Origin: a phage
Sequence record: PZ445437.1
Strand: one strand, 5' to 3'
Length of the DNA: 64,000 nt
Both the position numbers and the translations under genes were made by a program. Numbering within the stretch: the stretch's first letter is position 1; each line of letters begins with the position of its first letter. Below are positions 28,366 to 38,169 of the stretch, piece by piece. The notes under the pieces are model-generated. The model ran no database searches. It was not told where the DNA came from and saw only the letters and a program-made list of their open reading frames with translations.

Positions 28366-29793
28366 CTAAAATTTTAATTCATTTGCCAAAGCATCTAACT
28401 GAGCTCGAGTGGATTCATTTCTTTGATAGCGATTCTGCTCAGCCTGAATCTGTTGTGAACCTGCTACTTCACTCACTTCAGTTGGAGTAGAATCTTGTTC
28501 AATTTCTACCCATTTTTGATTTCCTTTTTGAACACCCATCAAAAACTTATTCCATTTGTTCTTATCACCATATCGTGATTTGATTTGCTTAATGAGTTGT
28601 TGTTCAGCAGCTGCTAGCTCCTCGGTTTCAATGACCGCAAGCATAAAATCGGCTGTTGCTGGAAGACCAGCAGATTCTGCAATATCGCTCATGTTAACAT
28701 CAGAAGAATCCCAAGCCTGTTTACCAACCTGTGCTGCAGTCCAAAGAACAGTTTCGGTTTCAACAGCAAGAGCACGCAATTCCTCTGCAATAGCTTTAAC
28801 AGTTGTGTAACTATTTTCTGAATAAACTCTGATGCGGCAAGATTTACAAATACCTAGATAGTCGACAATAATGATTGTTGGAACAAAATTTTTCTTGAGC
28901 TTCAATTCATTCAAGAGAGACCTGAATGTGTTAGCATCTGCCCCACCAGTAGGATACTGTTTAACGATTAAACGACCGAGAGTAGATTTCTCACGCCATT
29001 TTTCCATTTTTCCTTTATACTCAGCGTAAGAAATATGCCCATCATCAATGTCATCAAGAGAAACATCAAGCATATTAGCATCAATACGCTTAGCACAGAC
29101 TTCTTCTGCCATTTCCATGGAGATGTAAAGAACATTATGTCCGAGCTGCAAATAATCTGCTGCCAATGAACACAATCCTAATGACTTACCAACGTTAACG
29201 CCAGCCATTAAAACGTTCAGTGTTCCAGTCTCAGCTCCGCCTTTAGTAATTTTGTTCAGAATTCTGAGTTTAAATGGAACCTTACGAGCTTTATTCATAT
29301 AAGATAGCCAACGTGCTTCGTAGTCATCCATCCAATCATGACCAACGTAGCTATCAAATGAAATTGATAATGCTTGACGCATAATGTCAGGAATAGCACC
29401 AACATCCGGCATTTTCTTATTTCGTTTTTCCGGAGGAAGCTCAGCATTAGTTTGAATTTCGATTATTTTAGACGTAGCATTAAACATCGCCCTTTGCTGA
29501 ACATATTTTTCTGTTTCTTTTATTAACCAGCTGTGGTCTTCTGGAGAATCAGCCAGTTTTGAAATAAGTGTTTTTACACCAGAATATTCTGTTTCAGTAA
29601 ATGAACTATTTTCTAATGCAACATTTAACGCATTAATAGATGGAACGCTATGATACTCATTAACATGAGATTTAATTAATTTGAACGTATTTTTAGCTGG
29701 ACCACTTTCAAAATATTCTGAATCCATATATGGCCAAACTTTTGAAAAATAAGCTTGATCAAATATAAGATGAGAAAGAATAATTTCTACCAC
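28366..29793 (-). CDS. 41: Replicative DNA helicase gp41 (DnaB-like)
   Basis: 475 aa, the length of T4 gp41; Walker A GVNVGKSLG. Confidence 0.9.
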   Translation of the reverse strand: MVEIILSHLIFDQAYFSKVWPYMDSEYFESGPAKNTFKLIKSHVNEYHSVPSINALNVALENSSFTETEYSGVKTLISKLADSPEDHSWLIKETEKYVQQRAMFNATSKIIEIQTNAELPPEKRNKKMPDVGAIPDIMRQALSISFDSYVGHDWMDDYEARWLSYMNKARKVPFKLRILNKITKGGAETGTLNVLMAGVNVGKSLGLCSLAADYLQLGHNVLYISMEMAEEVCAKRIDANMLDVSLDDIDDGHISYAEYKGKMEKWREKSTLGRLIVKQYPTGGADANTFRSLLNELKLKKNFVPTIIIVDYLGICKSCRIRVYSENSYTTVKAIAEELRALAVETETVLWTAAQVGKQAWDSSDVNMSDIAESAGLPATADFMLAVIETEELAAAEQQLIKQIKSRYGDKNKWNKFLMGVQKGNQKWVEIEQDSTPTEVSEVAGSQQIQAEQNRYQRNESTRAQLDALANELKF

Positions 29794-29802
29794 ACTTACT
29801 CC

Positions 29803-30147
29803 TTAAAAGAATTTAAACTTTTTCTTTGATCTTTTATTAAATGCATCTTGTAGTTGCATTGTAATACATTTTTCTACATGAGGAGCTAACTCAGCTTTTC
29901 TTTCTTGGTCAAGAACAGCAAAGTCCATTACAACCTTTCCATCAACCCAATCCAGTTTAGTTACATACACTATATGCGTAGAACCATCTTCTAGTTTAAT
30001 GACAATCTCCTGGATAACATTTTCCATAGCAGATTTAATTATCTTAAGAGACTCATTAAAAAGACGTTCTTTTCTTTCTTCTTCCCCCTCCGAAGAGGGG
30101 GATTCATCGATAATTTCTAGATCTAAATCTAAATCATCTTTATTCAT
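29803..30147 (-). CDS. 40: gp40-like protein
   Basis: Between uvsX and 41; start placed at the ATG with SD GGAAG (the track start is GTG and overlaps uvsX). Synteny-based. Confidence 0.45.
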   Translation of the reverse strand: MNKDDLDLDLEIIDESPSSEGEEERKERLFNESLKIIKSAMENVIQEIVIKLEDGSTHIVYVTKLDWVDGKVVMDFAVLDQERKAELAPHVEKCITMQLQDAFNKRSKKKFKFF

Positions 30148-31321
30148 TAAATTCTTCCATATCACTTAACTGTTCGAGGTCAGTTTCTAAATCAGCAGCT
30201 GATTTACTTTTACTTTCTGGAGATTTAAATTTTTCAACCTTTGAGTTAATCAATTCATCAACTTCAGCTTCAACAATTTCATTACTATCAATAGCACCTA
30301 ACTGATAAGCACGTTTAATAGCATCTCGGAATGGTTGATGCTTAAATAAAGGACCCCAGAATGTAGTGCAGTTGGTATCTTTTGCACGCCAAGATTTTTC
30401 TTCGCGAATCATCTCACCGGTTTCTTCATCAAGAAATTCACGGGCATACCAGCCATTTTTAGGTTTTACTACAAATCCTAATTCTAGAGCCATATCTAAC
30501 AATCCAGAATAAGGATCGATACCACCGTCAAATTTAACATCAATAAAGAATTTACTTTTTTCTTTAACGGTACGAGATTTTTCTACATTTAGAACAAATT
30601 GATACCCCTGAAGATCAGAACCATCTTTAATCTGGCGTTTACCGATAATGAATACAGTATCAGCCGAATACATTACGCCTGTACCACCTGTCATCACGGT
30701 TTTACTAAACATTTCAATTGTTTCAATTGTATGGTTAACCGCAACACATGGAATATTTTTAATGCTAAAATAAGGAGTAACAATACGGAATAATGACTTC
30801 AGTGATTTAGCACGAGTCATATCTGCCACAGATTTTTCATTCAAGGCGTCTTCCGTTTCTTTCTTAGAAGCCATATTACCAATTGAGTCGATGAATACAA
30901 TAACCTTTTCACCGCGCTCAATAGCTTCAAGCTGGTTCACCATATCAATTTTCAGCTGTTCAACTGACTGAATTGGCGTATGAATTACTCGTTCTGGGTC
31001 AACTCCCATGGATCGTAAATAAGCTGGAGTAATACCAAATTCACTATCATAGAATAGACAAACCGCGTCAGGATATTTGTTCAAATATGCCGCAACCATA
31101 GTCAAAGACATATTTGATTTAAAGTGTTTAGAAGGCCCTGCGAAAATAGTTAAACCAGACTGCATGCCGCCATCAATCGCACCAGAAATAGCAATATTAA
31201 GCATTGGGATTTTTGTACGGATTACATCCTTTTCATTAAAGAATTTAGATGTAGTCAGTTCAGCAGTCATTTTAGAAGTGGAAGCTTTAATCAAACGGGA
31301 TTTTAAATCTGCAATAGACAT
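30140..31321 (-). CDS. uvsX: UvsX recombinase (RecA-like)
   Basis: 393 aa (T4 UvsX 391 aa); Walker A GPSKHFKS and RecA core. Confidence 0.9.
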   Translation of the reverse strand: MSIADLKSRLIKASTSKMTAELTTSKFFNEKDVIRTKIPMLNIAISGAIDGGMQSGLTIFAGPSKHFKSNMSLTMVAAYLNKYPDAVCLFYDSEFGITPAYLRSMGVDPERVIHTPIQSVEQLKIDMVNQLEAIERGEKVIVFIDSIGNMASKKETEDALNEKSVADMTRAKSLKSLFRIVTPYFSIKNIPCVAVNHTIETIEMFSKTVMTGGTGVMYSADTVFIIGKRQIKDGSDLQGYQFVLNVEKSRTVKEKSKFFIDVKFDGGIDPYSGLLDMALELGFVVKPKNGWYAREFLDEETGEMIREEKSWRAKDTNCTTFWGPLFKHQPFRDAIKRAYQLGAIDSNEIVEAEVDELINSKVEKFKSPESKSKSAADLETDLEQLSDMEEFNE

Positions 31322-31398
31322 TCATTTTTTCCATAGGCATCATTATATTTTCCTCACTGGTTAAAGATAGAGTAATTATAACACAATAAATTTAGGCA

Positions 31399-32247
31399 TT
31401 AATCAACTGCTATTGGATGAATAGCATTAAACTTATGAAATGCTTCTGATTTTTCTTTGCGCGAAACACACATGCGAAGAACCTTTAATGGCTCGTCTTC
31501 TTCACCCAACGATTTTCGTTTTTCAATATTAGAAGTTTTCCAACGAGCTTGCTCTGGAAACTCTATATTGATTTGCTCAAGCGCTCTATTATGTTTAGAA
31601 TTACTGCGAATTGAACTGCACCCGCCAGGAGCTTGTGCTTTTCCAGATACAACTAGATATTTGAACAAGGCCAAATGCGGATAACCTTGATTAATTAAAT
31701 TGAGAAATGCATACATATCTTCGCATAAATCAATTTTTCCATACCCAATTTGTTCTGTAGTAAGTTTTCCAAGGTCATACCATGTATTCGTGAATCCATA
31801 TGAATTTTCACGATAATTACCCCAAGATGAAGTAATTTTAAAAATAGGTAGACGAGCATGGCCATGATAATACCCACAATCCATGGCATCCTCAACATAT
31901 TGAATCAATTCATAGAACTGTTCACGAGTCAATTGATTGACTTTATCTACGCAACGACGATCATCTCTTTTTCGCATTGAACTCATACGAATAGTAGTAT
32001 CATCGTCAATCATCCAGATTCGTTGACCTGCATACATATCAGTAATTGCTTTACGAGTACCGGCAATTCCGTTTACATCATCAGGAATAGTTACAATTTT
32101 AGCTCTAGACCCGTAAGCGTCATAATAAGCTTTTTCTTCGTGTTCACGCACTACAATATGGGGTTCATAATCAGTCGGAAACATATCAAGGGCAGAAACT
32201 GCCCCGACACGCTGATAACTTGGAATTACGAATTGAATCATTTCCAC
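31399..32247 (-). CDS. Glycosyltransferase, GT-A-like with DxD motif (candidate hydroxymethylcytosine-DNA glucosyl transferase)
   Basis: 282 aa with IWMIDDDTTI (DxD) motif; occupies the slot between uvsX and 42 where T4 carries beta-gt. Confidence 0.5.
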   Translation of the reverse strand: MEMIQFVIPSYQRVGAVSALDMFPTDYEPHIVVREHEEKAYYDAYGSRAKIVTIPDDVNGIAGTRKAITDMYAGQRIWMIDDDTTIRMSSMRKRDDRRCVDKVNQLTREQFYELIQYVEDAMDCGYYHGHARLPIFKITSSWGNYRENSYGFTNTWYDLGKLTTEQIGYGKIDLCEDMYAFLNLINQGYPHLALFKYLVVSGKAQAPGGCSSIRSNSKHNRALEQINIEFPEQARWKTSNIEKRKSLGEEDEPLKVLRMCVSRKEKSEAFHKFNAIHPIAVD

Positions 32248-32978
32248 TCACCTTTATAGTCTTTTTTCACAATATGAGTTTCGCCAGTATTCCACCAATG
32301 ATCAACCAAGTAAAAATGACGAGAATATACATGAAGACTTCCGACATTCCATATAATAGAACCTGCTTTATACTGACGAGTTGAATCGCCTGCATTCAAA
32401 TCAGATACTAATTTATCTAATACGTATTTTTGCCATGCATAATCATTACGGAATCCGAAGACCACGTCATTTGAGCGCATGCTTACTACTGCATTGACTT
32501 TCTTATCACGAATCAGGTACTGCACTGTATTAGTACACATGAAATCTGACATACCATCTTTATTGTAGTCAAATTGCATGGATGGACGAGTATAAATCAT
32601 GATACCACGTCGAGAATCAGGATTTTGACCAAGTTCAGCTAAACACATATCATACTGGGCATAGTTATCTTCTGACCAAATAGCCCAACCATAATTCGAG
32701 TTAATTTCGCCTTTAGAAGATGCTACTTGTTGCCAAATCTTTGGTGTTTCACCTGGAATATCTTTAACAAACAGACTTTGAGACTTGTACCATTCAAGTT
32801 CACGCTGAATGTATTCATCATTAAGAGCGCCAAAAATAAACGGTTCATCTGCTACAAATGATGCGCCAATAATTTCAATAGTTTTAACACCGGTTTTATC
32901 AACTACGAAATCTTTTTCTTTTAATGCAAGCCCCAAATGAAGACGGATTTCTTCAACTGTCATAGAGTCACTAATCAT
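32238..32978 (-). CDS. 42: dCMP hydroxymethylase gp42
   Basis: 246 aa, the length of T4 gp42; thymidylate-synthase-like fold signatures. Confidence 0.88.
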   Translation of the reverse strand: MISDSMTVEEIRLHLGLALKEKDFVVDKTGVKTIEIIGASFVADEPFIFGALNDEYIQRELEWYKSQSLFVKDIPGETPKIWQQVASSKGEINSNYGWAIWSEDNYAQYDMCLAELGQNPDSRRGIMIYTRPSMQFDYNKDGMSDFMCTNTVQYLIRDKKVNAVVSMRSNDVVFGFRNDYAWQKYVLDKLVSDLNAGDSTRQYKAGSIIWNVGSLHVYSRHFYLVDHWWNTGETHIVKKDYKGEWK

Positions 32979-32985
32979 TTAAACC

Positions 32986-33135
32986 TCAATTGATACATTC
33001 ATATTTAACTTGTAACAGTAATAAACCCCAACCTAAAATAATAGTTGGAATCATAAGAGGAACCGTTACACTATAGTATATACTTATTATAATCATCAAG
33101 ATTAAAAGCAACACTGCTATAATTTTGCTTTTCAT
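32986..33135 (-). CDS. Small hydrophobic membrane peptide (49 aa)
   Basis: ATG overlaps the imm stop (ATGA); MKSKIIAVLLLILMIIISIYYSVTVPLMIPTIILGWGLLL... Confidence 0.35.
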   Translation of the reverse strand: MKSKIIAVLLLILMIIISIYYSVTVPLMIPTIILGWGLLLLQVKYECIN

Positions 33136-33383
33136 TCCTTCTCTCTGATGATAATTACCTGATTTGGTTGTGCAGACTTTTTAGTTTCACCCGCAATTGA
33201 CCAAATAAATGTAATAAACCAACCAATAATTGACCAGTTAAACAGTAAAGATGTGAAAAAGATTCCTACTGTCGATTTTGACCCACGCATCAAGGCGATA
33301 AACCATGGAAGCATGTATATAATAATAGCCAACACACCTGAAACTAAAACCATAAAAATTGAACCTGCTACTAAAGTTTCCAT
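33132..33383 (-). CDS. imm: Imm superinfection-immunity membrane protein
   Basis: 83 aa, the length of T4 Imm; two transmembrane segments. Confidence 0.7.
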   Translation of the reverse strand: METLVAGSIFMVLVSGVLAIIIYMLPWFIALMRGSKSTVGIFFTSLLFNWSIIGWFITFIWSIAGETKKSAQPNQVIIIREKE

Positions 33384-33390
33384 GTTTTCC

Positions 33391-33771
33391 TCACTTAGTC
33401 AAATTTTTTACACATGAATTATAAGAATTCACTACATACTCCATCGGAGCATTTTTACCAGTACGCCATTGGTAATTATTAGCCCAATTAGCCCAAATTT
33501 CGGCGCAGTAGTTTTCAATTTTTTCTTCGCGTGTAATTACATCCGAATTACGATATGCTTGAGCAGATTCATCTGGACGAATAGCTTCGTCAAAATTCGC
33601 CTGCATTTGTTCTACTGTTTGCTTTGGAGCTTCTTTATAACACTTGACATTAGGATTATAAAACTTGCTTGAACAGTTTACAATTTTTCCTACATCAGAC
33701 TGATTTACTACCGGTCCTTGAGCCACACAACCAGTAAGACCTAATGCAATAACCAAAATAGCGATTTTCAT
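33391..33771 (-). CDS. Putative lipoprotein (126 aa)
   Basis: Signal peptide and lipobox (LVIALGLTGC). Confidence 0.5.
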   Translation of the reverse strand: MKIAILVIALGLTGCVAQGPVVNQSDVGKIVNCSSKFYNPNVKCYKEAPKQTVEQMQANFDEAIRPDESAQAYRNSDVITREEKIENYCAEIWANWANNYQWRTGKNAPMEYVVNSYNSCVKNLTK

Positions 33772-33783
33772 AATAATTTCCTC

Positions 33784-34035
33784 TTAAAACTTAACAAATA
33801 ACTTTAAAGCATCTTCAGTTTTAATTCCTTTTCTTACACCCATAACAGAAATTGGCTGTGACTGAAATTTTCCTTTACCATTATAAATTTCTAATCCAGT
33901 AACCATTCCATTTTGTTCTATAATACCGTAAGTGTTACCTTCATTTTCAAATTCTTTAACTTTAAAGAGTTTATTAGCTTTTTCTGCGTTAACAACTTTT
34001 AAATTTTGAATAAAATTAGTTTGAATATTTTTCAT
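33784..34035 (-). CDS. Hypothetical protein (83 aa)
   Basis: ORF with GGAGGA SD downstream of a promoter cassette. Confidence 0.5.
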   Translation of the reverse strand: MKNIQTNFIQNLKVVNAEKANKLFKVKEFENEGNTYGIIEQNGMVTGLEIYNGKGKFQSQPISVMGVRKGIKTEDALKLFVKF

Positions 34036-34063
34036 TTTGTGTTCCTCCGTAGTTGATAGTTGT

Positions 34064-34093
34064 ATAGTACCATGGAAGAACAGTCTTGTAAAC
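34064..34093 (-). promoter_or_regulatory. T4-type early promoter cassette
   Basis: GTTTAC, 18 nt, TACTAT, leader caactatcaactacggaggaac; near-identical to the copy at 57814..57843. Confidence 0.55.
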
Positions 34094-34180
34094 AGTTTTG
34101 TGAAATTTTTTTAGGGAATTCTAAAGGTCCAGAATCATCTGTTTTTCATAAGTATAGATTTATATTACTTGTATGAAAAA

Positions 34181-34196
34181 GGGACCCGGAGGTCCC
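34181..34196 (-). terminator. Rho-independent terminator after gene 43
   Basis: gggacc-cgga-ggtccc followed by a U-tract on the minus transcript. Confidence 0.55.
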
Positions 34197-34209
34197 TAGA
34201 TTTATTCTA

Positions 34210-36906
34210 TCAGCCAAACAGGAAGTCTAACGAAGCTTTTTCTTCATAGTCCATACCAGCCGATTCACACATGCCTGCAAGCGGTTTAACAAACGATTTT
34301 TGGAACAAAGTTGAGTAGTCAATCCAAGACAGTACGTCAGAACGAATTTCTTTTGGAAGTTCTGTGCCCGACGGCCAAGCAATGCACTTTTCACCAAATG
34401 GATTTCCTTCACGCAATGGAAGAACCATTACTTTATTTCCATCCAAAATTGGAGCTACACCTAAACCGCTAACAGCTCGACGATAAGTTAGCACCCCACG
34501 AATATGGAACGGGCATTTAAATCCTGGCCAACCTTTATCATCATATTTCGCTATATCGTTCGCAGTTTTTACTTCAGCAATAACTTTATAGTCAAGTTGA
34601 CGATATTCTTTCTCGAAGTTCTTGTAATATTCTTGGACAGACTCTTCACCTTCCTGAAGAATACGACGAATACTTTCTTCGAGAGCTTCTTGGACCGCTT
34701 TAGGCGTTGAACTCTGCTGAGTTTCCATACCCATGATTTTTAGATGCGGTTCAGCAAATCGCTTATCTTCCATATCATAAACGTTCAGAGCATAACGCTT
34801 TTTCGCTTTCCAAAATCCACCGACGCCCTTTGAACCAAGTGGAGGGCAAGAAATAGCTTCACGGTCCATATGCATCAGATGCTCGCGGTTATTCATATAA
34901 TCACATAACTCACGATATGCAACATCAATCATAGGTTCCATCTTTTTCTTACCGAACTGATTCATGAATTCAACTAAATCGTTCTGCTCTTTGAATCGGT
35001 CAAGACCAACTTTTTCAATAACTTTATCTACACAAACATATACCGAATCAGTATCACCTGCTGCAATGAAATCTTCGCCATTAGTTCCGCATACTTTATT
35101 CAGATATTCATTAATTTTACGAGCAATCCACTGAATACCAACTTGGCCGAAAATTGTGATAGCAGTAGCATTTCGCAAATCATAGTAACGGAAATGAATA
35201 TTACCAAGAGCACCATAAAGACTGTTAATAAGAATTTTACGGTTCAGCTGATTTGTGTTAGCAAGTGTAGCTGCTTTTTCACATTCTTCAATCAAACTAT
35301 TGAGAACAGATTCAGTATAATTCGATAGTTCATTTAAGAAATCATCACTGAACTTAACATATCGTTCAACTTCTGGTTTAGTTGAACAAGACCCTGCGCC
35401 TTTCATAATAATCTTTTTAATAGCTTCGGCATTCATTTCTTCAGCGAACATTTTCTTTTTCCAATCTTTACGCTGGAAAAATACTTTAGCGATTTCCTTT
35501 GGAATGATACCTTCTTGATGCTTATCATACATCCATCCATTCGGAGAACAAGAATATTCATCACTTGGTTTAGGAGCTGTTCCTGCGATATATTCATGAA
35601 TTGGATGAACTTTAAACTGACCACGAATAGTCTCAGGACTAATGTTAACCTGACGAATAATGCTCGGATACAGAGACGTCAAGTCAAAACTCATAATATA
35701 TCGACGAGCAATTGGTTTAGGTTCAAACACAAATGCACCCGGAAAACTCTGTTTAACATGCGAACCTTGTTGAGGAATAACCTTATGTTCACCTTTCAAT
35801 GAGTTAAAAATAATGGCATCCCAGGTTTTAATAGGACTCATTACACCGGAAAAAGGCATTTTAGCGTAATAAGACATACTTAAAACTAGATCGATAAACC
35901 CGCGAATTTTATCAATTGCTTGAACTGATTCTACGTCAATGATGTTATAACTAATGTATCGTTGATGATTAGTCTCACGAAGTTTATTAATAGGACCGTC
36001 GTATGGTAATTTACCTTTTTTGGTTTCATGTTGAGCAACTGATTCCAAAGAGAATGACGGCAAATTAGTAAAAGCAAATTTCTTGTACAAATCTAAATAA
36101 TCAAGAATAGATACACCATCAATAGAATAAATTTCTTTGCTGCCGTACATATTTTGAATTAGTTTAGATTTTACTCGACCGATTGGAGAGAAGCGTTTCA
36201 TACTACGTTCACCGAGAACCATTTTAACGCGATTCATGATATACGGAACGTCAAATCCCTCAATATTCCAACCAGTAAAAATAGCAGGTCGTTTCTGTTC
36301 CCAGAGATTGATATATTCCATGAGCATATCACGCTCATTATCGAATGGCATATAAATTACTCGGTCAAGAATTTCTTGAGGAACTTCATCACCACCTTCA
36401 CAGTCAAGCTTAGCAGCTAACTTTGCATCCCATTTTGATACTGAACCATACATTGAATTCAAAAGGTCGAAAACATAAAAACGATCATCAATTGAATCGT
36501 AATGAGTGATAGCATCAATTTCATATTCAGCTTTCATTGGGTCAGGAAATTTATCACCAGTAACCTCAATGTCACAGTTAGCTACACGAACAAATTTTCG
36601 GTCATAAACAATTTCTGAACCGTATGTATCACTGATATAAGCGAGTTTAAAATCGTTCATACCGAGAGCTTCGAGACCGATGTCTTCCATTCGTTTCATC
36701 CAATCTCGAGCATCTTTCATTGATGGAAATTTTTGAGGAGCGCAGTTTTTACCATAGATGTCTTTGTACTTTGACTCTTCCTTACAATGCCTAAACATAG
36801 TTGGAAGATATTCTACTTCACGAGTACGTTCCTTTCCATTTTCATCAATATAACGTTCAACAATATTATTTCCGACTGTTTCAATAGAGATATAAAATTC
36901 TTTCAT
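34210..36906 (-). CDS. 43: DNA polymerase gp43 (family B)
   Basis: 898 aa, the length of T4 gp43; exonuclease motif DIE and polymerase motif DTDS. Confidence 0.95.
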   Translation of the reverse strand: MKEFYISIETVGNNIVERYIDENGKERTREVEYLPTMFRHCKEESKYKDIYGKNCAPQKFPSMKDARDWMKRMEDIGLEALGMNDFKLAYISDTYGSEIVYDRKFVRVANCDIEVTGDKFPDPMKAEYEIDAITHYDSIDDRFYVFDLLNSMYGSVSKWDAKLAAKLDCEGGDEVPQEILDRVIYMPFDNERDMLMEYINLWEQKRPAIFTGWNIEGFDVPYIMNRVKMVLGERSMKRFSPIGRVKSKLIQNMYGSKEIYSIDGVSILDYLDLYKKFAFTNLPSFSLESVAQHETKKGKLPYDGPINKLRETNHQRYISYNIIDVESVQAIDKIRGFIDLVLSMSYYAKMPFSGVMSPIKTWDAIIFNSLKGEHKVIPQQGSHVKQSFPGAFVFEPKPIARRYIMSFDLTSLYPSIIRQVNISPETIRGQFKVHPIHEYIAGTAPKPSDEYSCSPNGWMYDKHQEGIIPKEIAKVFFQRKDWKKKMFAEEMNAEAIKKIIMKGAGSCSTKPEVERYVKFSDDFLNELSNYTESVLNSLIEECEKAATLANTNQLNRKILINSLYGALGNIHFRYYDLRNATAITIFGQVGIQWIARKINEYLNKVCGTNGEDFIAAGDTDSVYVCVDKVIEKVGLDRFKEQNDLVEFMNQFGKKKMEPMIDVAYRELCDYMNNREHLMHMDREAISCPPLGSKGVGGFWKAKKRYALNVYDMEDKRFAEPHLKIMGMETQQSSTPKAVQEALEESIRRILQEGEESVQEYYKNFEKEYRQLDYKVIAEVKTANDIAKYDDKGWPGFKCPFHIRGVLTYRRAVSGLGVAPILDGNKVMVLPLREGNPFGEKCIAWPSGTELPKEIRSDVLSWIDYSTLFQKSFVKPLAGMCESAGMDYEEKASLDFLFG

Positions 36907-36923
36907 AGATATTCCTTAGTTTA

Positions 36924-36944
36924 TAGCCCGAGTTATTAGGCTCT
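36924..36944 (-). promoter_or_regulatory. Gene 43 translational operator hairpin (loop AAUAACUC)
   Basis: Minus transcript reads AGAGCCUAAUAACUCGGGCUA just 5' of the SD AAGGAA; the 8-nt loop matches the recalled T4 gp43 autoregulatory operator. Confidence 0.6.
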
Positions 36945-36966
36945 TGATATATTATACTCCAAATAA

Positions 36967-36980
36967 GGGGCCGAAGCCCC
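36967..36980 (-). terminator. GC-rich tetraloop hairpin terminator
   Basis: ggggc-cgaa-gcccc followed by UUAUUU; directly after the stop at 36987. Confidence 0.5.
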
Positions 36981-36986
36981 TTTGCT

Positions 36987-37224
36987 TTAAATTTCTATTG
37001 TACGACGCGATATAACGGACTTGCCATCTGTATTTGTGGTTTTGATAATCGCATGAAATGCGCGTTGGCGTGGGTAAACTAATCGTTGGAATTCTTTTTG
37101 GAATTCTATTTGTTTATCTTCCGGGAGGTCAAAAACCAGTTGGGTAGAAGACAGACCATATGTTTGTTTTTAGATTTTCGAATATTAGAAAAGCTTCGGT
37201 AAACTGAATCTCTGATTGTGTCAT
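36987..37224 (-). other. Split ORF: 31-codon frame ending UUU-UGA-C continued in the +1 frame for 48 codons (candidate programmed +1 frameshift or pseudogene)
   Basis: ATG at 37224 with SD AAGGT; stop UGA at 37129-37131 sits on GGUUUUUGAC; the +1 frame has no start codon but runs to TAA at 36987, right before the terminator. Confidence 0.3.
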
Positions 37225-37234
37225 ATAATTTACC

Positions 37235-37603
37235 TTAATTACCAATCGTATATTTAGGAACGAGTTTCCATTCATGTTTTTGTTTAAAAGAAATAACTCG
37301 GAAGTTATTAGTTAAATCTTTCATAAAAGTTCTTTGACCAGGAACGATTTCAATCAGTCCCCAATCTTCTAATAGCCATGCAATCGAATCACGACGAACT
37401 TCATCTTCTTCTGTCATTTCAACTTGACGGCCATCCATACGAAGCATTTCTTTAAAATGAACGATATAGTATAGTCCTTTTTTCTGAAGAATATGACAGG
37501 ACTGATACAGAACTTTATCTTTATTATTAGCAATTCCCATACGAGTCAAAGTTTCTTTTACTTTCAGAAAATCTTCAGGTTTTTTAAGAGTAATTTCAAT
37601 CAT
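37235..37603 (-). CDS. regA: RegA translational repressor
   Basis: 122 aa, the length of T4 RegA, between 62 and 43. Confidence 0.85.
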   Translation of the reverse strand: MIEITLKKPEDFLKVKETLTRMGIANNKDKVLYQSCHILQKKGLYYIVHFKEMLRMDGRQVEMTEEDEVRRDSIAWLLEDWGLIEIVPGQRTFMKDLTNNFRVISFKQKHEWKLVPKYTIGN

Positions 37604-37604
37604 T

Positions 37605-38168
37605 TTACCATTCCAATGCTAGTTTTTTGAGTTGTTTCTGTTCTTTTACGTTCTTAGTCACTTCTTTCAAAAAATCATCCGTGACTAATCCTTTAAGTTC
37701 TTTTAATACTAAAGGTAGTTTTCCATTTTTAGTAAGAATTGATTTATAGTTAATTGCATCATTTGTATTAACTTGATACCGCTTAGCAAGTAACTTAATA
37801 ATCAATACTTCGGTGGAATCTTCAACTAGTTTTGCCCATTTACCATATCTTTTACCACGAGGAACTGCAGCCATTAGATAATTAAAATGAGCTTCATCAC
37901 TTAAGCCTGATCCAATTAAATTCATAGCATATACAGCTGGCATGCACTCTGGAAATTGTGATAATGCATTTTCAACCATGAATTTTGAATAATCTTTTTG
38001 AGCAATAGAGCATTTAGTTTTATTATTAATAGCTCCAATTATTTCAAAAAATTCATTTTCAGCTTTTTCTTTAAAAGAATCAGCAGCAGATTGGACAGCT
38101 GTCCAATCTTTTGAATACCAAGCAACTTGATGCTCGTTTAATTGAATATCATCTTCAAATAAGCTCAT
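37605..38168 (-). CDS. 62: Clamp loader small subunit gp62
   Basis: 187 aa, the length of T4 gp62, coupled to gene 44. Confidence 0.8.
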   Translation of the reverse strand: MSLFEDDIQLNEHQVAWYSKDWTAVQSAADSFKEKAENEFFEIIGAINNKTKCSIAQKDYSKFMVENALSQFPECMPAVYAMNLIGSGLSDEAHFNYLMAAVPRGKRYGKWAKLVEDSTEVLIIKLLAKRYQVNTNDAINYKSILTKNGKLPLVLKELKGLVTDDFLKEVTKNVKEQKQLKKLALEW

Positions 38169-38169
38169 A

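Noticed and set aside
36981-37016. Plus-strand MotA-box-like TTTGCTTTA with a downstream TATAAC
   Set aside because: The spacer is 21 nt rather than the 12-13 nt needed, and no plus-strand gene follows; likely chance.
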